Positions 50,370 to 59,157 of a stretch of 64,000 nucleotides of DNA are shown piece by piece. The stretch comes from Burkholderiales bacterium (GTDB taxonomy: Bacteria; Pseudomonadota; Gammaproteobacteria; Burkholderiales; SG8-39). The position numbers were made by a program, and so were the translations under genes. The stretch is from contig DASVDO010000016.1 of NCBI GenBank assembly GCA_036381055.1, forward strand, positions 633 to 64,632, written 5' to 3'. Every line of letters starts with the position of its first letter. Position 1 is the first letter of the stretch. A model generated the notes under the pieces. That model had not been told where the DNA came from, ran no database searches, and saw only the letters and a program-made list of their open reading frames with translations.

Positions 50370-50998
50370 GGCGCGCTTACCGACGCGATGAGGCACTCGA
50401 CGATGTGCTTCCTGCGGGCGCGCATCGACCCCTGGGAAAGGAGGTCGGTGCCCAGCACGGCCGACATGGTGTACGTGTTGATGAAATAGAACATGCACAG
50501 CGACACCATGTCGAAATAGAACTGCCGCGGGTCGACGCCGGAGCGGAAAATCCCGAGCCGCGCGCCCTCGGCGAGCACCCGCGCCACGTAGTCGAACATC
50601 GGGGTGTGGGAGCTCTGGATGATCTTCCGGCTCACCAGGTGGCGCCCCTTGTGACGGTTCTCCTCCAGCACTAGCGCGATCACGTCCGGCTGGCGCTGCA
50701 GGCGGCCGAACAGGCGCTCGACCAGCGCCGCGATGGCTGCGTCGGGGCGCATCGGCTTGACGCTCTCCACGTACGCCAGGTTCTGCTCGCGGATTGCCTC
50801 GTAGATCTGCTCCAGCGCGGCGCGGAACAGGCCGTCCTTGCTCTCGAAGTAGTAGTAGATGATCTGCTTGTTGACGCCCGCCTCGGCGGCGATCTCCTCC
50901 ACGCGCGCGCCGTCGAAGCCCTTCGCCGCGAACGCCGCGCGCGCCGCCGCGAGCAGCAGCTCGCGCGAGCCGTTCGGCCGCCGCTTCGCCTGTGTCAT
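50366..50998 (-). CDS. TetR-family transcriptional regulator
   Basis: HTH ELLLAAARAAFAAKGFDGARVEEIAAEAGVNKQIIYYYFESKDGLF. I prefer ATG 50998 over the TTG 51016 used by the track. Confidence 0.9.
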   Translation of the reverse strand: MTQAKRRPNGSRELLLAAARAAFAAKGFDGARVEEIAAEAGVNKQIIYYYFESKDGLFRAALEQIYEAIREQNLAYVESVKPMRPDAAIAALVERLFGRLQRQPDVIALVLEENRHKGRHLVSRKIIQSSHTPMFDYVARVLAEGARLGIFRSGVDPRQFYFDMVSLCMFYFINTYTMSAVLGTDLLSQGSMRARRKHIVECLIASVSAP

Positions 50999-51009
50999 CG
51001 ATCGCTCAC

Positions 51010-51034
51010 TTGACAATCAACCGGTTGGTTGACA
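51010..51034. promoter_or_regulatory. Operator-like palindrome flanked by two TTGACA hexamers in the TetR/oxygenase divergent region
   Basis: TTGACAat-CAACCGGTTG-gTTGACA. It has a perfect 10-bp palindrome (51018-51027) with TTGACA at 51010-51015 and 51029-51034. Confidence 0.5.
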
Positions 51035-51075
51035 TTCTGCCAGCGCAGCAGCCTGACCACAATCGAGGAGGCAAA

Positions 51076-52386
51076 GTGAAAAGCGGTACATCGAAGGCGC
51101 TCGCCTACCGCGGCTATCAGCGCGCGTTGACCGGCGAGCCGGATCGTTACCTGTGCCAGGTCGGCCGCGGCACGCCCGGCGGCGAATACCTGCGGCGCTT
51201 CTGGCACCCGGTGGCGTTCGTCGACGAGCTGAAGGACGTCCCGGTGCGCATCAAGATCCTCGGCGAGGATCTGGTGGTCTTCCGGGACGGGCGCGGCGAG
51301 ATCGGCGTGCTTCATCTGCACTGCGCGCACCGGCGCGCGTCGCTCGAGTACGGGATCATCAGCGAGCGCGGCATCCGCTGCTGCTATCACGGCTGGGTCT
51401 TCGACACGGACGGCACGATACTCGAGATCCCCGGCGATCCGGCGGCCGACCGGATCTGCAAGCGGACCAGCCAGGGCGCCTACCCGGTGCACGTGCTGGG
51501 CGGGCTGGTCTTCGCCTACATGGGGCCGCCCGAGAAGAAGCCGCCCTTCCCGAGCTTCGAGCGCTTCGACATCCCCGGCGTACGCCTGATTCCGGGCGGG
51601 CCGCGCCTGCACTTCCCCTGCAACTGGGTGCAGATCAAGGAGAACTCCATGGACCCGGCGCACACCGCGGTCCTGCACGCCATTCCGGCCGTGCGCGGCG
51701 TCGATCACTTCGCGAAGGAATTCGGCGAGTTTCCGGAGTTCGTGTTCGCGAGGAACCCGGTCGGCATGATGTACCTCGCCGCCCGCAAGGTGGGCGACAA
51801 CGTCTGGGTGCGCTCGACCGATTTCGTGTTCCCGAACATCCACAGCATTTCGTCGATCTTCGAGGGCGGCCGCAAGCCGAAGGCCTGCAATCCGCCGTTC
51901 AGGACCATCTGGACCACGCCGGTGGACGACGAGAACAGCATCAATTTCACCATCAGCCACATGACCGACGAAGAGCCGATCCTGCCCGAGAAGCGGCGCT
52001 ACCTCGAGCTGTTCGGCCAGACGGCGGAACGGCCGTATCGCGAGCGCCAGCTCATTCCCGGCGACTACGACGCCATGGTGGGCGAAGGCCCGATCGAGGT
52101 GCACGAGCTCGAGCACCTGTGCACCCACGACCAGGGCGTGGTGATGTTTCGCCGCATGCTGCGCGAAGCCATCGAGGCCGTCGAGCGCGGCGAGGATCCG
52201 AAGCCGCTGCCCGAGCCGATCCCGACGTTCTGCAACGATCGCGTCGTTCCGGCGTCCTCGCTCGATGGAGACGCGAACGACCGGGCGGTGCTGAAGCGCT
52301 TCGCGCAGCAGCTCGCCGAAGAGTACATCGCCAGGCCGCCGCTCGCCGAGTTGGCGAAAGGCAAATCCGCGGCGCTCGCCCGCTAG
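51076..52386 (+). CDS. Rieske (2Fe-2S) non-heme iron oxygenase, alpha-subunit-only (phthalate-family-like)
   Basis: Rieske motif CAHRRASLEYG...CCYHGW. Mononuclear-iron region NWVQIKENSMDPAHTAVLH. GTG 51076 sits 5 nt after the RBS GAGGAGG. Confidence 0.85.
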   Translation: MKSGTSKALAYRGYQRALTGEPDRYLCQVGRGTPGGEYLRRFWHPVAFVDELKDVPVRIKILGEDLVVFRDGRGEIGVLHLHCAHRRASLEYGIISERGIRCCYHGWVFDTDGTILEIPGDPAADRICKRTSQGAYPVHVLGGLVFAYMGPPEKKPPFPSFERFDIPGVRLIPGGPRLHFPCNWVQIKENSMDPAHTAVLHAIPAVRGVDHFAKEFGEFPEFVFARNPVGMMYLAARKVGDNVWVRSTDFVFPNIHSISSIFEGGRKPKACNPPFRTIWTTPVDDENSINFTISHMTDEEPILPEKRRYLELFGQTAERPYRERQLIPGDYDAMVGEGPIEVHELEHLCTHDQGVVMFRRMLREAIEAVERGEDPKPLPEPIPTFCNDRVVPASSLDGDANDRAVLKRFAQQLAEEYIARPPLAELAKGKSAALAR

Positions 52387-52411
52387 ACCCGGACATTCAG
52401 AAAGGACAGCC

Positions 52412-53386
52412 ATGTCGTCTCACATCCGAAGCTTCTTCCTTGCGGTGATCGCCTTCGGCGCCGCCGCCGCGAGCGATGCCGCCGCGCAGAGCTTTCCCAG
52501 CAAGCCGATCCAGATCATCGTGCCGTACCAGCCGGGCGGCCCGACGGATTCGGTGGCGCGCGTGGTCGGCAAGCAACTGTCGGAGGCCCTGGGCACCCCG
52601 GTGATCGTCGACAACCGGCCCGGCGCGGGGTCGATCATCGGCATGCAGGCCTGCGCGAGAGCCGAAGCCGACGGCCATACGCTGTGCCTGACCGTCGGGG
52701 ACAGCCTCTCCTACAACCCGCACCTCTACAAGAGCCTGCCCTACGATCCGTATCACGACTTCGCGCCGGTGATCTATATCGCGCGCGGCAACAGCCTCAT
52801 CGTGGCAAGCGCCAAGGCGCCGTTCAGCTCCTACAAGGAGATGGTGGCGTACGCCAAGAGCAATCCCGGCAAGCTGAACTGGGGAACCTGGGGGCCGTTC
52901 ACCACGCCCGACGTTTACCGGCTGTGGCTCAACCATCACGCCGGAATCTCGATCCAGGAAATCCCGTACAAGGGCGCCGTGCCGACGATGACCGCGATCC
53001 TGAACGGGGAAATCCATATCACGTTCATGTCGATCGGCTTCGCCCTGCCCCAGATCAAGGCGGGCAAGGTGCGCCCGATCGCCCTGGTCGGCGATCGTCG
53101 CTCGCCGATCCTTCCGGAAGTGCCGACGCTCTCCGACTTCGGCGCCGACCCGGGCCTCGGCAGCTATTTCGGCGTCTTCGCGCCGGCCAAGACGCCGCGC
53201 CGGATCCTGGAGAAGCTGAACGCCGAGCTCGACAAGACGCTGAAGACCGAGGAGGTGCGCTCCTACCTCGCCAAGCTGACCCTGGATCCCGTCGGCGGCT
53301 CGGTCGACCAGTTCGCCGACTTCGTCAAGAAGGACCAGGCGGTCGCCGGCCGGATGTTCAAGGCGATCGGTGTGAAGCCGCAGTAG
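52412..53386 (+). CDS. Bug-family (TctC-like) tripartite tricarboxylate transporter substrate-binding protein
   Basis: Signal peptide, then FPSKPIQIIVPYQPGGPTDSVARVVGKQLSEALGTPVIVDNRPGAG, the Bug signature. Confidence 0.9.
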   Translation: MSSHIRSFFLAVIAFGAAAASDAAAQSFPSKPIQIIVPYQPGGPTDSVARVVGKQLSEALGTPVIVDNRPGAGSIIGMQACARAEADGHTLCLTVGDSLSYNPHLYKSLPYDPYHDFAPVIYIARGNSLIVASAKAPFSSYKEMVAYAKSNPGKLNWGTWGPFTTPDVYRLWLNHHAGISIQEIPYKGAVPTMTAILNGEIHITFMSIGFALPQIKAGKVRPIALVGDRRSPILPEVPTLSDFGADPGLGSYFGVFAPAKTPRRILEKLNAELDKTLKTEEVRSYLAKLTLDPVGGSVDQFADFVKKDQAVAGRMFKAIGVKPQ

Positions 53387-53409
53387 GGAGGGCCCGCCCG
53401 GAAGAGTCC

Positions 53410-53483
53410 TGGAGCGGGTGAAGGGAATCGAACCCTCGTATGCAGCTTGGGAAGCTGCCGTTCTGCCATTGAACTACACCCGC
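53410..53483 (-). tRNA. tRNA-Gly (anticodon CCC)
   Basis: The reverse complement GCGGGTGTAGTTCAATGGCAGAACGGCAGCTTCCCAAGCTGCATACGAGGGTTCGATTCCCTTCACCCGCTCCA folds as a 74-nt cloverleaf. It has a perfect 7-bp acceptor stem, anticodon loop TTCCCAA, a TTCGATT T-loop, U73 and an encoded CCA. Confidence 0.93.
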
Positions 53484-53512
53484 CGCGGTGCCGGGATTGT
53501 ATCATTCGCCTT

Positions 53513-53716
53513 ATGATTCAAGTCATTGTCAACGGCGCAGAGCGGCGCTTCGAAGCGCAGCTCGATGTCGCTTCGCTCCTCGAGCAGCTCGACATGGCGG
53601 GCAAGAAGGTGGCGGTGGAGCGCAACGGCGAGATCGTGCCGAAGAGCGCGCATGCGCGGACGCTGATCGGCGACGGCGACCGGCTGGAGATCGTCGTCGC
53701 GGTGGGCGGAGGCTGA
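53513..53716 (+). CDS. thiS: Thiamine biosynthesis sulfur-carrier protein ThiS
   Basis: [26 protein letters not shown]...[13 protein letters not shown], 67 aa with the C-terminal GG. Confidence 0.92.
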   Translation: MIQVIVNGAERRFEAQLDVASLLEQLDMAGKKVAVERNGEIVPKSAHARTLIGDGDRLEIVVAVGGG

Positions 53717-53717
53717 C

Positions 53718-54512
53718 ATGAGCGATGCGCTGGTCATCGCCGGCAAGAGCTACGCCTCGCGCCTGCTCATCGGCACCGGCAAGTACCGCGACTTCGCCGA
53801 GACGCGCGCGGCGGTGGAGGCGTCCGGCGCGCAGATCGTCACCGTGGCGATCCGGCGCACCAACATCGGGCAGAACCGCGGCGAGCCGAGCCTGCTCGAC
53901 GCGCTGCCGCCTTCCAAATTCACTTATCTGCCGAACACCGCCGGCTGCTACAACGCGGCCGACGCGGTGCGCACGCTGCGCCTCGCGCGCGAGCTGCTCG
54001 ACGGGCACGACCTCGTCAAGCTCGAGGTGCTCGGCGATCCGAAGACGCTGTACCCGAACATGCCGGAGACGCTGAAGGCCGCCGAGCAGCTGGTGAAGGA
54101 AGGCTTCAAGGTGATGGTGTACTGCTCCGACGACCCGATCCAGACGCAGATGCTGCAGGACATCGGCTGCGTGGCGGTGATGCCGCTCGCCTCGCTGATC
54201 GGCTCGGGCATGGGCATCCTCAATCCCTGGAACCTGCAGCTCGTGCTGGAGAAGGCCAAGGTGCCGGTGCTGGTCGACGCGGGCGTCGGCACGGCCTCCG
54301 ACGCGGCGATCGCCATGGAGCTCGGCTGCGACGGCGTGCTGATGAACACCGCGATCGCCGCCGCGCGCAACCCGGTGCTGATGGCGAAAGCGATGAAGAA
54401 GGCGGTGGAAGCGGGCCGCGAGGCCTTCCTCGCCGGGCGCATGCCGAAGAAGCTCTACTCGGCGACACCGTCCTCGCCGACCGAAGGAACCATTTCCTCC
54501 AAGGCTGCCTGA
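53718..54512 (+). CDS. thiG: Thiazole synthase
   Basis: [19 protein letters not shown]...LPNTAGC...VKLEVLGD...[14 protein letters not shown]. Confidence 0.95.
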   Translation: MSDALVIAGKSYASRLLIGTGKYRDFAETRAAVEASGAQIVTVAIRRTNIGQNRGEPSLLDALPPSKFTYLPNTAGCYNAADAVRTLRLARELLDGHDLVKLEVLGDPKTLYPNMPETLKAAEQLVKEGFKVMVYCSDDPIQTQMLQDIGCVAVMPLASLIGSGMGILNPWNLQLVLEKAKVPVLVDAGVGTASDAAIAMELGCDGVLMNTAIAAARNPVLMAKAMKKAVEAGREAFLAGRMPKKLYSATPSSPTEGTISSKAA

Positions 54513-55150
54513 GGCCGATCCGCAGCTTCGTCCTGCGCCAGGGCCGCATCACGGCCGCGCAGGAGCGCGCGCTCGAGACGCTGCTGCCGAAATACGGCAT
54601 CGCGCTCGGCGACGCGCCGCTGCGCTCGCCGCGCAAAGCGCCGCTCGTGCTCGAGATCGGCTCGGGCATGGGCGAGACCACCGCGGCGATCGCCGCGGCG
54701 CATCCGGAAGCCGACTTCGTGGCGGTGGAGGTCCACGGCCCCGGCGTCGGCAGCCTGCTCCAGCGCATCGAGACGCAGAAGCTCGCCAACCTGCGCGTCA
54801 TCCGCCACGACGCGATGGAGGTCCTGGAACGCATGGTCGAGGACGGCTCGCTCGCCGCCATCCACCTCTTCTTTCCCGATCCGTGGCCGAAGAAGCGCCA
54901 TCACAAGCGCCGGCTGGTGCAGCCCGATACCGCGGCGTTGATGGCGCGCAAGCTCGCGCCCGGCGGCGTGCTGCACGCCGCTACCGACTGGCCGGACTAT
55001 GCGGAGCACATGGCGGCGGTGCTCGGCGCCGAGCCGCTGCTCGAGGAGGCGGCGGGCGGGTTCGTGCGCCGGCCGGAAACCAAGTTCGAGAGCCGCGGCA
55101 AGCGGCTCGGCCATCCGATCCGCGATCTCTATTACCGCCGGCGCGGCTAG
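54509..55150 (+). CDS. trmB: tRNA (guanine-N7)-methyltransferase; probable CTG start
   Basis: The track ORF 54647..55150 starts at an internal GTG ([10 protein letters not shown]). The conserved TrmB N-terminus [28 protein letters not shown] is encoded in frame upstream, with no ATG/GTG/TTG available. CTG 54509 overlaps the thiG stop (CTGA). Confidence 0.82.
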   Translation: MRPIRSFVLRQGRITAAQERALETLLPKYGIALGDAPLRSPRKAPLVLEIGSGMGETTAAIAAAHPEADFVAVEVHGPGVGSLLQRIETQKLANLRVIRHDAMEVLERMVEDGSLAAIHLFFPDPWPKKRHHKRRLVQPDTAALMARKLAPGGVLHAATDWPDYAEHMAAVLGAEPLLEEAAGGFVRRPETKFESRGKRLGHPIRDLYYRRRG

Positions 55151-56352
55151 AAAAACGTGGTCTGTCCCTGTTTTTGGGTGGGTTCGGGGAGGAAGCGCTG
55201 GAGGAGCTCGTTCAGGAAGAGGCGGCCGCGCTCGGTGGGGCGGATGTGCCGCCAGTCGCGCTCGAGCAGGCCGTCGCGCTCGGCCTGCTCGAGGTGGCGC
55301 CGGATGGCGAGCAGCGGCAGGCCGGTGCGCTCGGCGAAGAGCGCGGCGGGGAATCCCTCGACGAGGCGCAGCGCGTTCAGCATGAACTCGAACGGCAGCT
55401 CGGCCGCCGGCACGGTGCGCTCGGCGGCCAGCGTGCTCGCGCTTTCCAGGTAGTGACCCGGCTGCTTGATGCGCTCGTGGCGCGTCACGCGGTCGGGGAA
55501 GCTCACCTTGCCGTGCGCGCCGGCGCCGATGCCGAGGTAATCGCCGAACTCCCAGTAATTGAGGTTGTGGCGGCAGCGCCGCCCGGGTCTGGCGAAGGCC
55601 GAGGTCTCGTAGTGCTCGAAGCCCGCCTCGCCGAGCAGCGCCTCGATCGCGCGCTGCATGTCGGCGCACAGGTCGTGCGCCGGCAGCGGCGGCGGCCGGC
55701 GGTAGAAAGCGGTGTTCGGCTCGATGGTGAGCTGGTAGGCCGAAACGTGCGGCACGCCGCAGGCGATGGCTTCCTCGACGTCGCGCACGGCTTCCTCGAG
55801 GGATTGCCCGGGAAGGCCGTACATCAGGTCGATGTTCACATTGTCGAAGCTCTCGAGCGCCGCCTCGACGCCGCGGCGCGCTTCCGCCGCGGAGTGGATG
55901 CGGCCGAGCGCCGCGAGCTTGCGCTCGTCGAAGCTCTGCACGCCTACCGAGATGCGGTTCACGCCGGCGGCGCGGAAGCCCTTGAAGCGCGCCGCTTCCA
56001 CCGTGCCGGGGTTCGCCTCGAGCGTGATCTCGGCGCCCGGCTCGAGCGGCAGGCGCGCGCGCACCGCGGCGAGCAGCGCGTCGATCGACTCGGGCGAAAA
56101 AAGGCTCGGCGTGCCGCCGCCGATGAACACGCTGGTCAGCCGCCGCCCCCATACCGAGGGCAGCATCGCCTCGAGGTCGAGGATCAGCCTGGCGACGTAC
56201 TCGCGCTCGGGCAGCTCGCCCGCGCGCTCGTGCGAGTTGAAGTCGCAGTACGGGCACTTGCGCACGCACCAGGGGATGTGCACGTAGAGGGCGAGCGGCG
56301 GCAGCGCCGCGAGGCGCACCTCGCCGGGGCGTTCAAGCGCGATCTGCGGCAT
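55147..56352 (-). CDS. hemW: Radical SAM heme chaperone HemW (oxygen-independent coproporphyrinogen-III oxidase-like)
   Basis: [26 protein letters not shown], and the HemN_C-like tail. Its stop overlaps the trmB stop (CTAG). Confidence 0.92.
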   Translation of the reverse strand: MPQIALERPGEVRLAALPPLALYVHIPWCVRKCPYCDFNSHERAGELPEREYVARLILDLEAMLPSVWGRRLTSVFIGGGTPSLFSPESIDALLAAVRARLPLEPGAEITLEANPGTVEAARFKGFRAAGVNRISVGVQSFDERKLAALGRIHSAAEARRGVEAALESFDNVNIDLMYGLPGQSLEEAVRDVEEAIACGVPHVSAYQLTIEPNTAFYRRPPPLPAHDLCADMQRAIEALLGEAGFEHYETSAFARPGRRCRHNLNYWEFGDYLGIGAGAHGKVSFPDRVTRHERIKQPGHYLESASTLAAERTVPAAELPFEFMLNALRLVEGFPAALFAERTGLPLLAIRRHLEQAERDGLLERDWRHIRPTERGRLFLNELLQRFLPEPTQKQGQTTFF

Positions 56353-56926
56353 CGAGCAGGCCCAGCAGGTTGCGCAGCGCGATCGCGCGGTGGCTGAGGC
56401 GGTTCTTCTCCTCCGCCGCCAGCTCGGCCGCCGTTCTCCCGCCCGCCGTCACGAACAGCGGGTCGTAGCCGAAGCCCCCGCTGCCGCGCGGCGCGCGCGC
56501 GATCTCGCCGTGCCAGAGGCCTTCGGCGACCAGCGGCCGCGGGTCTTCGGGGTGGCGCAGCAGTACCATCACGCAGTAGTAATAGGCCCGGCGGTCGTCC
56601 TTTAGTTCGCGCAGCAGCCGCTCGTTGTTGCGCGCGTCCCGCTCCTCGCGGCTCCCCTCGCGCCCCGCGTAGTAGGCCGAATGCACGCCCGGCTCGCCGC
56701 CGAGCGCCGGCACGCACAGCCCCGAGTCGTCGGCGAGCGCCGGCAACCGGGCCGCGCGGCTCGCGTGCCGCGCCTTGGCGAGCGCGTTCTCGACGAAGGT
56801 CGGGTGTGGCTCCTCGGCTTCCGGAATGCCGAGCGAAGCCTGAAGGACGATTTTTATCGAGGAAGGCAAAAGTGCCTGAATCTCCCGCAGCTTGCCGGGG
56901 TTGTTGGAAGCGAGGACGAGCTTCAC
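56333..56926 (-). CDS. rdgB: dITP/XTP pyrophosphatase (RdgB/HAM1 family)
   Basis: C-terminal 197 aa of ORF 56333..57415(-): [20 protein letters not shown]...ADDSGLCVPALGGEPGVHSA...GFGYDPLF. GTG 56926 is in a GTGA overlap. Confidence 0.92.
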   Translation of the reverse strand: MKLVLASNNPGKLREIQALLPSSIKIVLQASLGIPEAEEPHPTFVENALAKARHASRAARLPALADDSGLCVPALGGEPGVHSAYYAGREGSREERDARNNERLLRELKDDRRAYYYCVMVLLRHPEDPRPLVAEGLWHGEIARAPRGSGGFGYDPLFVTAGGRTAAELAAEEKNRLSHRAIALRNLLGLLDAADRA

Positions 56927-57564
56927 GGCAGGCGGTAGTCGATGAGCCAGTAGTAGCGCAGCGCCCGATAAGCGTACTCGCCGAACCCGGAGAAGGTGGC
57001 GGCCAGCTCTTCCTCGGTGGGGAAGTTCTTCAGCACCCGGGTCTCGCTCCCGTCGCGCAGCCGGCGGCGCTGGTAGGTGTTGCCCTCGGCGTCGCGCTCG
57101 TCCACCGGCTGCACGCCCTCGACGCAGCGGTTGTCGAACATGACCACGCGCGCGCCCGGGCGCAGCCGGGCGTGCAGCGATTGCAGGAAGAGCGCTCGCC
57201 GCGGCCGCGGCACGTGCGACCACCAGAAGCCGGCGAAGGCGCCGTCGAAGCTGCCGAGCGAGGCGTCGAGCGCGTAGGCATCCGCGATGCGCCATTGCAC
57301 CGGGCAGCGACAGGTCTTGGCGCGCGCGATCGCCATCGGCTCGGGCGCGAGGTCGGTGGCGACGATGCGCTTCGCCGTGCGCGAGATGCGCTCGGTCCAG
57401 TAGCCGGTGCCGCACGCGACCTCCAGCACCTCGCGGCCGGCGAGCGCCGCGGGAATGGCCTCGCGCAGCACGTCGAGGTCGGCCTGGCGCTCGGCCCAGG
57501 CATAGATCTCCTCGTACTCGGCGGCGCGCCGCCGGTAGTAGTCGACGAGCTCAGGCGAGCTCAA
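56923..57564 (-). CDS. Class I SAM-dependent methyltransferase, substrate unknown
   Basis: Motif [13 protein letters not shown], 213 aa. It overlaps rph (14 nt) and rdgB (4 nt). Confidence 0.8.
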   Translation of the reverse strand: MSSPELVDYYRRRAAEYEEIYAWAERQADLDVLREAIPAALAGREVLEVACGTGYWTERISRTAKRIVATDLAPEPMAIARAKTCRCPVQWRIADAYALDASLGSFDGAFAGFWWSHVPRPRRALFLQSLHARLRPGARVVMFDNRCVEGVQPVDERDAEGNTYQRRRLRDGSETRVLKNFPTEEELAATFSGFGEYAYRALRYYWLIDYRLP

Positions 57565-58267
57565 GCGAGCGCTTCTGGTGAGCGATCAGCTGGCCGATGC
57601 CGCGGCTGGCGAGGCCGACCAGCTCGTCGAGCTCGCGCCGGCCGAACGCCTCGCCTTCGGCCGTGCCCTGGATCTCGACGAAGCGGCCGGCGCCGGTCAT
57701 CACCACGTTCATGTCGCAGCCGCACGCCGAGTCCTCGGCGTAGTCGAGGTCGAGCACCGGCGTGCCCTGGTAGATGCCGACCGACACCGCGGCGACGAAA
57801 TCGCGGATCGCGCTCGCGGCGCCCAGGCCCGAGAGCGCGTCGTGCAAGGCGACGAAGGCGCCGGTGATGGCGGCGGTGCGCGTCCCGCCGTCGGCCTGCA
57901 GCACGTCGCAGTCGAGCTGCACGGTGCGCGGCCCGATCGCCTGCAGGTCGACCACGGCGCGCAGCGCGCGGCCGATCAGCCGCTGGATCTCCTGGGTGCG
58001 GCCGCTCTGCTTGCCGCGCGCCGCCTCGCGCTCGCTGCGCGTGTGCGTCGCGCGCGGCAGCATGCCGTACTCGGCGCTCACCCAGCCGCGCCCGGTGTCC
58101 TTGAGGAAGGGCGGCACGCGCTCCTCTACCGAGGCGGTGCACAGCACGCGCGTGTCGCCGAACTCGACCAGCACCGAGCCTTCGGCGTGCCGCGTGTAGC
58201 CGCGGCTCAGGCGCACCGGGCGCAGCTCGTCGGGGCGCCTGCCGCTGGGCCGCGCGGGCGCGCTCAT
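57551..58267 (-). CDS. rph: Ribonuclease PH
   Basis: Last 238 aa of ORF 57551..58819(-): [37 protein letters not shown]...[15 protein letters not shown]...[14 protein letters not shown]. Confidence 0.95.
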   Translation of the reverse strand: MSAPARPSGRRPDELRPVRLSRGYTRHAEGSVLVEFGDTRVLCTASVEERVPPFLKDTGRGWVSAEYGMLPRATHTRSEREAARGKQSGRTQEIQRLIGRALRAVVDLQAIGPRTVQLDCDVLQADGGTRTAAITGAFVALHDALSGLGAASAIRDFVAAVSVGIYQGTPVLDLDYAEDSACGCDMNVVMTGAGRFVEIQGTAEGEAFGRRELDELVGLASRGIGQLIAHQKRSLELA

Positions 58268-59157
58268 GACGCGGAATGCTTGCGCAGCGCGGCCTTGATC
58301 TCGGCGATCGCCTTCTCCACGTCGGCGTCGCTCATGCGCATGAAGTCGAGGTCGGTGGCGGTGAAGTCCTGCACGTCGGTCTTCGGCTCCTGCGGCTCGG
58401 GCCCGGGGGCGGCGACCGCGTCCTCGCCCCAGCGCATCGCCACGACGCTCACGTTGTCGCAGTCGCGGCCGGCGCGATGCTCGGCGAGCGTGACGAGCTC
58501 GCGCACCGCGTCCTCGAGCTCCAGGGTCAGCATGGCGTGCATGAGCTGGCGCTGCGTGAGCGGCCCCCAGAAGCCGTCCGAGCAGAGCACGACGATGTCG
58601 TCGCGCGCGAGCCGCGTGCGCTCCACCGGCTCGGGGCGCGGCGTCTGGTAGCCGCCCAGGCACTGCAGCAGGCGGTTGCGCTCCGGGTGGGTGGCGATCG
58701 CCTCCTCGCGGATGCGCCCGGCGTCGATCAGCTGCTGCACCACGGTGTGGTCGCGCGTGCGCAGCACGATGCGCCCCTCGCGCAGCAGGTACAGCCGGCT
58801 GTCGCCGACGTGCGTCCACCAGGCCTGGCCGTCCTGCACCACGCAGGCGACCAGCACGGTGCGCGGCGAGTCGGGCAGGGAGCGGCGCTCGGCCTCGCGC
58901 AGGATCGCGACATGGCTCGCGCCCATCGTGCGCTCGAGGAATGCCGCCGGGTCGGCGAGGCGCGGCCGCGCCTTGTGCCGGAACGCGGCGCCGAGCAGCG
59001 AGACGGCGAGCTCCGCGGCGAGCTCGCCGTGCAGGTGGCCGCCGAGGCCGTCGGCCACCGCCATGAGCAGGCTCTCCTCGGTCGACCAGCAGCCGATGCG
59101 GTCCTGGTTGATGTGGCGCGTGCCGATGCGCGTCGCCTGCGCGGTGGCGTACTTCAT
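58264..59157 (-). CDS. PP2C-family Ser/Thr protein phosphatase
   Basis: Last 297 aa of ORF 58264..59661(-): NQDRIG...[17 protein letters not shown]...LCSDGFW...[12 protein letters not shown] overlaps on both sides. Confidence 0.9.
   Translation of the reverse strand: MKYATAQATRIGTRHINQDRIGCWSTEESLLMAVADGLGGHLHGELAAELAVSLLGAAFRHKARPRLADPAAFLERTMGASHVAILREAERRSLPDSPRTVLVACVVQDGQAWWTHVGDSRLYLLREGRIVLRTRDHTVVQQLIDAGRIREEAIATHPERNRLLQCLGGYQTPRPEPVERTRLARDDIVVLCSDGFWGPLTQRQLMHAMLTLELEDAVRELVTLAEHRAGRDCDNVSVVAMRWGEDAVAAPGPEPQEPKTDVQDFTATDLDFMRMSDADVEKAIAEIKAALRKHSAS

Noticed and set aside
53387-53512. Possible genomic-island attachment site at tRNA-Gly(CCC): a search for an integrase and for a direct repeat of the tRNA 3' end.
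   Set aside because: There is no integrase, transposase or phage gene between 47.4 and 53.4 kb. I could not find a second copy of the tRNA 3' segment (TTCGATTCCCTTCACCCGCTCCA or its complement) in the window. The composition shift is reported as a finding, but a bounded island cannot be claimed.
53484-53512. Looked for a TPP riboswitch upstream of thiS-thiG.
   Set aside because: Only 29 nt separate the tRNA gene from the thiS ATG, which is far too short for a THI-box aptamer. No CTGAGA...ACCTGA-type core is visible.
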